A stretch of 60,162 bases of DNA, counting the filler. It is 7 parts of 7 records of this genome, joined end to end, with 100 filler letters (N's around TTAATTAATTAA, not from the genome) between each part and the next. Parts side by side here need not be neighbours in the genome. Positions count along the whole stretch, not along the records: positions 54,465 to 60,162 come from DRR723986_8521; 6 more parts are not named here. One strand, given 5' to 3'. Under the pieces are notes generated by a model, which made no database searches, had not been told where the DNA came from, and worked only from the letters and a program-made list of their open reading frames with translations. This document shows positions 54,465 through 60,162 of this stretch, in pieces; position 1 is the first letter of the stretch, and every line of letters begins with the position of its first letter. A program made the translations under genes and the position numbers.

Positions 54465-57400
54465 CTGGACGCTGTTTCACTCATATGCTTTTGACTTCTC
54501 TGTCTGGGAAATGTGGGGCGCGCTGACGCACGGCGGACGCCTGGTAATTGTGCCGCGCTCCACAGCGCGCGACCCACGCAGTTTCTACGACCTGCTGCAC
54601 GGCGAAGGAGTCACTGTCTTAAACCAAACACCTTCGGCATTTATGCAGTTGCAGCATGTAGCCGTGCCGGAAGTAGCGGACGCAAATCTTCAAAAACTTA
54701 CAACTTTACGCCTGGTAATCTTTGGCGGAGAGGCGCTGCAAACGGCGGCACTCCGTAGCTGGTTTGAGAGCTACGGCGATGACAGTCCGCAATTGTTTAA
54801 CATGTTCGGCATTACCGAAACGACGGTGCACGTGACTGCGCGCCGCATTCGCAAGGCAGACTGTGTGCATGGCGGCTCTCCAATTGGCGCGCCACTTGCG
54901 GATCTGTCACTTGATATTCTGGATGAAGGTGGTTTTGCCGCTGCGGCAGGTGTTCCTGGCGAACTCTACGTCAGCGGTGGTGGTATCTCGCGTGGATACC
55001 TTGGACGCCCAGCTTTGACAGCTGAACGTTTCCTGCCGGCTCCCGGTGGCGCGCGCATGTACCGCACCGGTGATATTGTCTTGCGACCTGCCACAGATGT
55101 GCAGGAAACTTCCGCTGCAGGCATCGAATATTTGCGGCGGCGCGATTTTCAGGTACAACTGCGCGGCTATCGCATTGAGTTAGGTGAAATTGAACATGTG
55201 CTGGCGCAGCATCCCAACGTCGCTGAATGTCATGTGATGTTGCGGGAAGATAATGCGCGGCCGCGGATTGTGGCGTATGTGGTAGCCCGTGGACCGTTTA
55301 ATGGTGCAGTCCTGCGTGAGCACCTGCGCAGTGGGTTGCCGGCTTATATGCTGCCGGCTGCAATCGTTGCACTACCGTCTATGCCGTTGACACCCACAGG
55401 CAAGTTAAACAGACGTGCGCTGCCGTTACCCTCGGCAGCCGATAATATCGGTAGTCAGCTGCAATCTCCGGCAGTGGAGATTCTATGCGGTTTGATGGCC
55501 GGCCTGCTTGAAACGGAAGATGTGGCGAGTGCGGATGATTTTTTTGCGCTGGGCGGGCATTCACTGCTTGTAACGCGCCTGGCGGCCGAGATTCGCAATG
55601 TGTTTGGCAAAGCCCCGTCCCCGGCGGAAATCTTTGAACAGCCGAGTGCTGCCGGAATTGCCAAGCTCTTAAACAAAAACACTGGGCAAAACCTGCCCGC
55701 ATTGCTGCCGCAGCCAGGAGCTGCCGCTGGTGAGATACGTGAGGCTCCACTTGCATTTGGGCAGGAGCGAATCTGGGTTCTGCTGCGCATGGCGCCGCAG
55801 ACGGCGGCGGCTTACGTTGTGCCGTTCTGGATCGATATTGAGGGAGCACTTAACACAGAGCTTTTGTTTAAGGCATGGGACACACTAGTAGCGCGCCACG
55901 CAATTCTTAGGACTCACTATCCGGCACATGACAAAGCCATTGTTCAGGCCGCAGTTAGTGCAAATCCACTTGGCCGCCTGCCCGAAGACCTGAGCGCGCT
56001 GGACGCCGCAGCTGCCGAACAAGAGTTAAACAAACTTGCGCAGGCGCAGGCTGCGCAGAGCTTTGATGTTACCAGTGGCCCTCTGCATCGATTTACGGTA
56101 GTGCGGCTGAGCGCCACGCGCCACAGAGTGCTGCTGACGCTGCACCATATTTCTGTTGATGCATGGTCCTGCGACATTCTCTTAAACGATCTGATGCGTC
56201 TGTATGCCGAACAGCACCATGATGCCGGAACTAACTCAGCCCCTGAACCACAAGACAGAGCAATCGAATTCACAGACTACGCAGCCTGGCAGCGTCAGGT
56301 CCTGAGCGAAGGGCATCTGAACGATTCGCGCGCGTACTGGAAACATCAGTTGGAAGGCCTGCCGCCGCTGCTCGAACTTCCAGGTGACCGTCCGCGCCCG
56401 CCGCAGCAGTCTTACAGCGGCAGCCAAATGGCCTGCACTATTTCTGTGCAGGAGAGTGATCTGCTGCGTGCATTGGCACGGCGAGAGGGCGTGACGCCAT
56501 TCATGCTGCTCCTGGCCGTGTTTAACATGTTGCTGGCGCGTTATGCCATGCGCAGCGATATTGCGGTGGGATCACCAATTGCCAATCGCAGTCATGCCGA
56601 CAGTCATGGTCTGGTTGGATTCTTCCTTAACATGTTGGTCTTGCGCAGCTCAGTTAAACAACACTTGAAGTTCCGCGAGTTTCTGCAGCAAGTGCGGCGC
56701 ACTGTGCTGGATGCGCATCATCATCAGGATGTCCCTTTTGAATTACTCGTGGAAGAACTCGTGCAGGAGCGCGCGCTCAGTCACGCGCCGCTCGTGCAGG
56801 TCGTGTTTGTGTTGCAGCAGCAAAACGAAGTTCAGGCGCCTGAGGGATTAAACATTGAAGTTGGGCATACGTACCTGCCGACCTCCAAATTTGACCTGAC
56901 GCTGGGACTGGAAGATGCCGGGCCGGGCACTGCGCTGCAGGGTGGGTTTGAGTACAATACGGACATTTTTGACGCGGCAAGCATCACAGATATGCAGCAG
57001 CGCTTTCAGCTGCTGTTAATGGCCGTATTGCACGATTCTGAACTGACACTTGCCGACGTGACATTGCTGGATGAGTCGGAGCTGGCGCAGCAGTTAAAGT
57101 CCGGCCGTCAGCCGGCACGTGCGGCGCAAGAACTTGCACAGAGTTACATTCAGCGTTGTTTTGCGGCGGCAGCGGCTAATCCCGCTGCAATTGCTGTTGA
57201 CACAGGAGCGCAGCAGTGGACTTACGCACAGTTGTTTAACACGGTGGCGCAGGTACGCGCTGCACTTATGCAACTGGGCGTGACGGTGGAAGTACCGGTA
57301 GCGGCGGCGCTGCCACGTGGCATTGAGCTGCTCGTGTTACAATTGGCGGTGTTTAGCGCCGGTGGTGTTTATGTGCCGCTGGATCCACAGTATCCGGCGG

Positions 57401-59055
57401 TGCGCCGCGCGCGCATGCTGCAACTTGCAGACTGTAGACTGCTTGTAGCACCGGCGGGACGTACTGAGGACTTTGCCGGCGAACATCCGCAGGTGCGCAT
57501 TGTTAACTATGCTGAATTGCATGACGGCAGAGAGGCAGAGACCGAAGCTTCGAGCCTGAGTGCAGCAGCGCTTGCCGGGCCCAGTATTGTGCCGCAGGAG
57601 CATGCCGCCTACGTGATTTTCACATCCGGCTCAACCGGTGAACCCAAAGGTGTTGTTAACAGTTATTCGGCGCTGGCCAATACAATCGCTGGAATTGCCG
57701 GCAAAACAAAGATTGGTCCAGGCGATCGCTACTTCAGCTTCGCGTCCAGCTATTTTGATGTTTCGCTCTACGACTTCCTGGCACCACTGTGCCATGGCGC
57801 CTGCCTGTGCATGTTGCCGACAGCCAATTTGACGCCGGGTGCGCCGCTGGCCGAGAGCCTGCTTGGCAGTCGCGCTACACAAGCTTTCCTGACGCCTTCG
57901 GCGGCGGCGGCTTTGCCGGCAGATGTTAAGTTCCCGGAATTGCGCTATTTGTTAATGGGTGCCGAAGCCGTTTCGGCCGACCTGGTACGCCGTTTTGAAG
58001 GTGTCCAGGTTATTAACCTTTATGGTCCAACCGAAGCGGCGATTTGCACCACTCTCTATGAATGTTCTGCTGATGACGAACGTCCGCCGATTGGTTTTGG
58101 CCTGCCGGGCGTTGAGACGCTGATTCTGGATGCCAATATGCAGCCGGTTCCGGCCGGAATGATTGGCGAACTGTGGATTGGCGGTGCCGGACTGGCGCGC
58201 AACTATGCGCAGTCACCTGCGGCTACGGCGCAGAAGTTTATGCCACATCCCTATGCCGCGCAGCCGGGAGAGCGTATTTACCGCAGCGGAGACCTGGCAC
58301 GCGTGCGGCGCGACGGCGCAATTGAATTCCTGGGACGGCGCGATCACCAGATTAAGCTGCGCGGCTTCCGCGTGGAACTGGGCGAGATTGAGCACTGTCT
58401 GCGCAGTCTGGAAACGGTGGGTGATGCCTGTGTTATTCTGCGCGGTAAAGGCAAGGATGAATCGCTGATTGCCTATGTGACGGCGTCCGGGTTAACAAAT
58501 TCCGGCGAGAAGTCGGCACTCGACGCGCACAGTCTGCGGCGCCGGCTGAGCGGCAGCCTGCCGCGGTTTATGCTGCCGGATGTGATTGTGATTATGGACA
58601 AGCTGCCGCTGACGACAAACGGCAAGCTGGACCGCGCGGCCCTGCCGGCGCCGGACAGGCAACAAGACCGGCAGCGGACGATGCATGCAGACTGGACGGC
58701 GCTGGAGCGTGGGGTAGCTGAAATCTGGAGTGAGATTCTGCCGCAGGCTGCGCCGGAAGACCTGGATGCCAACTTCTTTGAGCATGGTGGCAATTCGCTG
58801 CGCGCAGTGACGCTGCTGGATCGTTTACGGGCTGAATACTACGAACATTTGCAGATCAACGAATTGTTTGACAACACGACAATTCGCGCACAAGCGGCGC
58901 TCCTGCTGGAATACGGCGCCGCGGGCGCAGCTGCCGACGGAGCTGCCGACGAAACATCTGGCGGTGCAGCTAGCGATTCCAATGGCGCTGCTGCGGGGGC
59001 GGGCACAAGCACTGAAGGATCAAAGGATGGCGCGCTGCGCCGCGTTGATTTCTGA
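54465..59055 (+). CDS. Non-ribosomal peptide synthetase, 5' end cut: A(Thr)-T-C-A-T, no thioesterase
   Basis: A1: FDFSVWE, NMFGITETTVH, YRTGD. T1: FFALGGHSL. C: HHISVDAWS with LCL-type motifs. A2: YVIFTSGSTGEPKG, YGPTE, NGKLDR. T2: FFEHGGNSL. Confidence 0.95.
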
Positions 59056-59175
59056 TGGAGCCGCAGGGCGCAGCCCCAGGCGGAGACTCAATGGATTCGC
59101 GCTTGTGCAACAGTGCAAAACAAAAAAATCATGCTTATCAGAAATCCATCTGCCGGTGTGTAGAGTTAGACAAAA

Positions 59176-60108
59176 ATGGACGAGGCGACTGTGACAAATG
59201 GAAGTGATAAATCGGTGAAAGCGCCTGACGGCGAAGCTGATGCTGCGCCTGAAGTTGTTGCGAATTTGGAGCAAACGCGGATTGGTGTTGTTGGTGCCGG
59301 GCTGATGGGGCGTGGAGTGTCCTTTCGATTCGCTAAATTTGGGGCTGTCGTTACGCTTATAGATCGTGACGATGCGGCGCTGGAGGAAGCGCGTGCGGCT
59401 CTGCGCAATATAGCGCGCCACGATGTTCTTTTTAACAAAAGCCGGGAATCGGTGCATGCACCTGAGCGGATTGAGCTGACGACGGACCTGCAGGCGCTGG
59501 CCAATTGTGATTTTGTGGTCGAGAATATCACGGAAAATATCGATGCCAAAACTGCGCTGTACGGGCAGATGAAGCCGATTCTGAAGGACGATTGTGTGCT
59601 GGCGGTTAACACGTCGGCAATTTCAATTACACGTATGGCGGCGCTGCTGCGCGATCCTTCCAGGGTACTGGGGATTCACTTTATGAATCCGGTGCATATG
59701 AAACACACCGCAGAGATGATCCGGGGTTTCCATACGACGCCTGAGAGTATTGCGTTTGCGCAGTCGATTTTGGCGGCTACGGGCATGCAGACGGTAGTTG
59801 TGAACGACCTGCCGGGTTTTGTGTCTAACCGCGTGCTGATGCTGACGGTGAACGAGGCCATTTTTACGGTGCAGGACGGTGTGGCTACGCCCGAGGATGT
59901 GGACCGGATTTTCCGCGAGTGTTTTGGGCATCCCATGGGTCCGCTGGCGACGGGGGATCTGATAGGCCTGGACACGATTCTGTATACGCTGGATGTGCTG
60001 CTGGAGAGTTATAACGATCCGAAGTTCCGGCCGGCGCCGCTGCTGCGTAAGATGGTGGATGCGGGGCATTTGGGGCGCAAGAGCGGTCAGGGATTTTTTA
60101 GGTATTGA
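59176..60108 (+). CDS. 3-hydroxyacyl-CoA dehydrogenase family, ClbD/ZmaG/FkbK-type acyl-ACP dehydrogenase
   Basis: GAGLMG, VENITE, VNTSAISIT, HFMNPV, FVSNRVLMLTVNEA, CFGHPMGPLATGDLIGLDTIL. Adjacent to an NRPS. Confidence 0.8.
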   Translation: MDEATVTNGSDKSVKAPDGEADAAPEVVANLEQTRIGVVGAGLMGRGVSFRFAKFGAVVTLIDRDDAALEEARAALRNIARHDVLFNKSRESVHAPERIELTTDLQALANCDFVVENITENIDAKTALYGQMKPILKDDCVLAVNTSAISITRMAALLRDPSRVLGIHFMNPVHMKHTAEMIRGFHTTPESIAFAQSILAATGMQTVVVNDLPGFVSNRVLMLTVNEAIFTVQDGVATPEDVDRIFRECFGHPMGPLATGDLIGLDTILYTLDVLLESYNDPKFRPAPLLRKMVDAGHLGRKSGQGFFRY

Positions 60109-60133
60109 GGCTTGAGTAATGAAGCTCCGTCTC

Positions 60134-60162
60134 AAAGCTGTTAGCCTTAGGCTAACAGCTTT
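60134..60162. repeat. Perfect 14-bp-arm palindrome at the contig end
   Basis: AAAGCTGTTAGCCT-T-AGGCTAACAGCTTT. Confidence 0.8.

Overview
This is not one chromosome region. It is seven contigs joined by 100-nt artificial linkers (44 N + TTAATTAATTAA + 44 N): 1-11068, 11169-22097, 22198-31818, 31919-41722, 41823-47508, 47609-54364 and 54465-60162. They appear to come from at least three organisms (inferred from gene content and composition). Contigs 1 and 5, and probably 6, look like a Roseobacter-group Rhodobacteraceae. They carry housekeeping genes (amidase, ubiH-family, cnoX, xth, an OmpR regulator, ribA, yggS, porin, leuS; IOR, a VtlR/LsrB-type LysR, MscS, Omp85, purL), two paralogous anti-Shine-Dalgarno sRNAs matching SorX and SorY, and two RTX/type-I-secreted proteins. 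Contig 4 is a Marinobacter-like gammaproteobacterial mreD-maf-rng-yhdP-nit / yjgA-mgtE-ptsO-rapZ block that lacks tldD and pmbA. Contigs 2, 3 and probably 7 look like an FCB-superphylum bacterium (Ignavibacteria/Kapabacteria-like) and hold the most novel signals: (1) a giant Thr-rich surface protein built from an unrecognised ~115-150 aa repeat behind a twin-arginine-like signal; (2) a probable serine palmitoyltransferase; (3) an NRPS next to a ClbD/ZmaG/FkbK-type dehydrogenase, implying a hybrid NRPS-PKS cluster with an unusual extender unit; (4) an over-represented TTAA(A)C motif that shapes codon choice; (5) a multi-copy intergenic element with alternative hairpins; (6) palindromes at contig ends. 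I saw no tRNA, rRNA, CRISPR array or intact transposase. All counts were done by hand and all family calls are from recalled motifs, not database searches.
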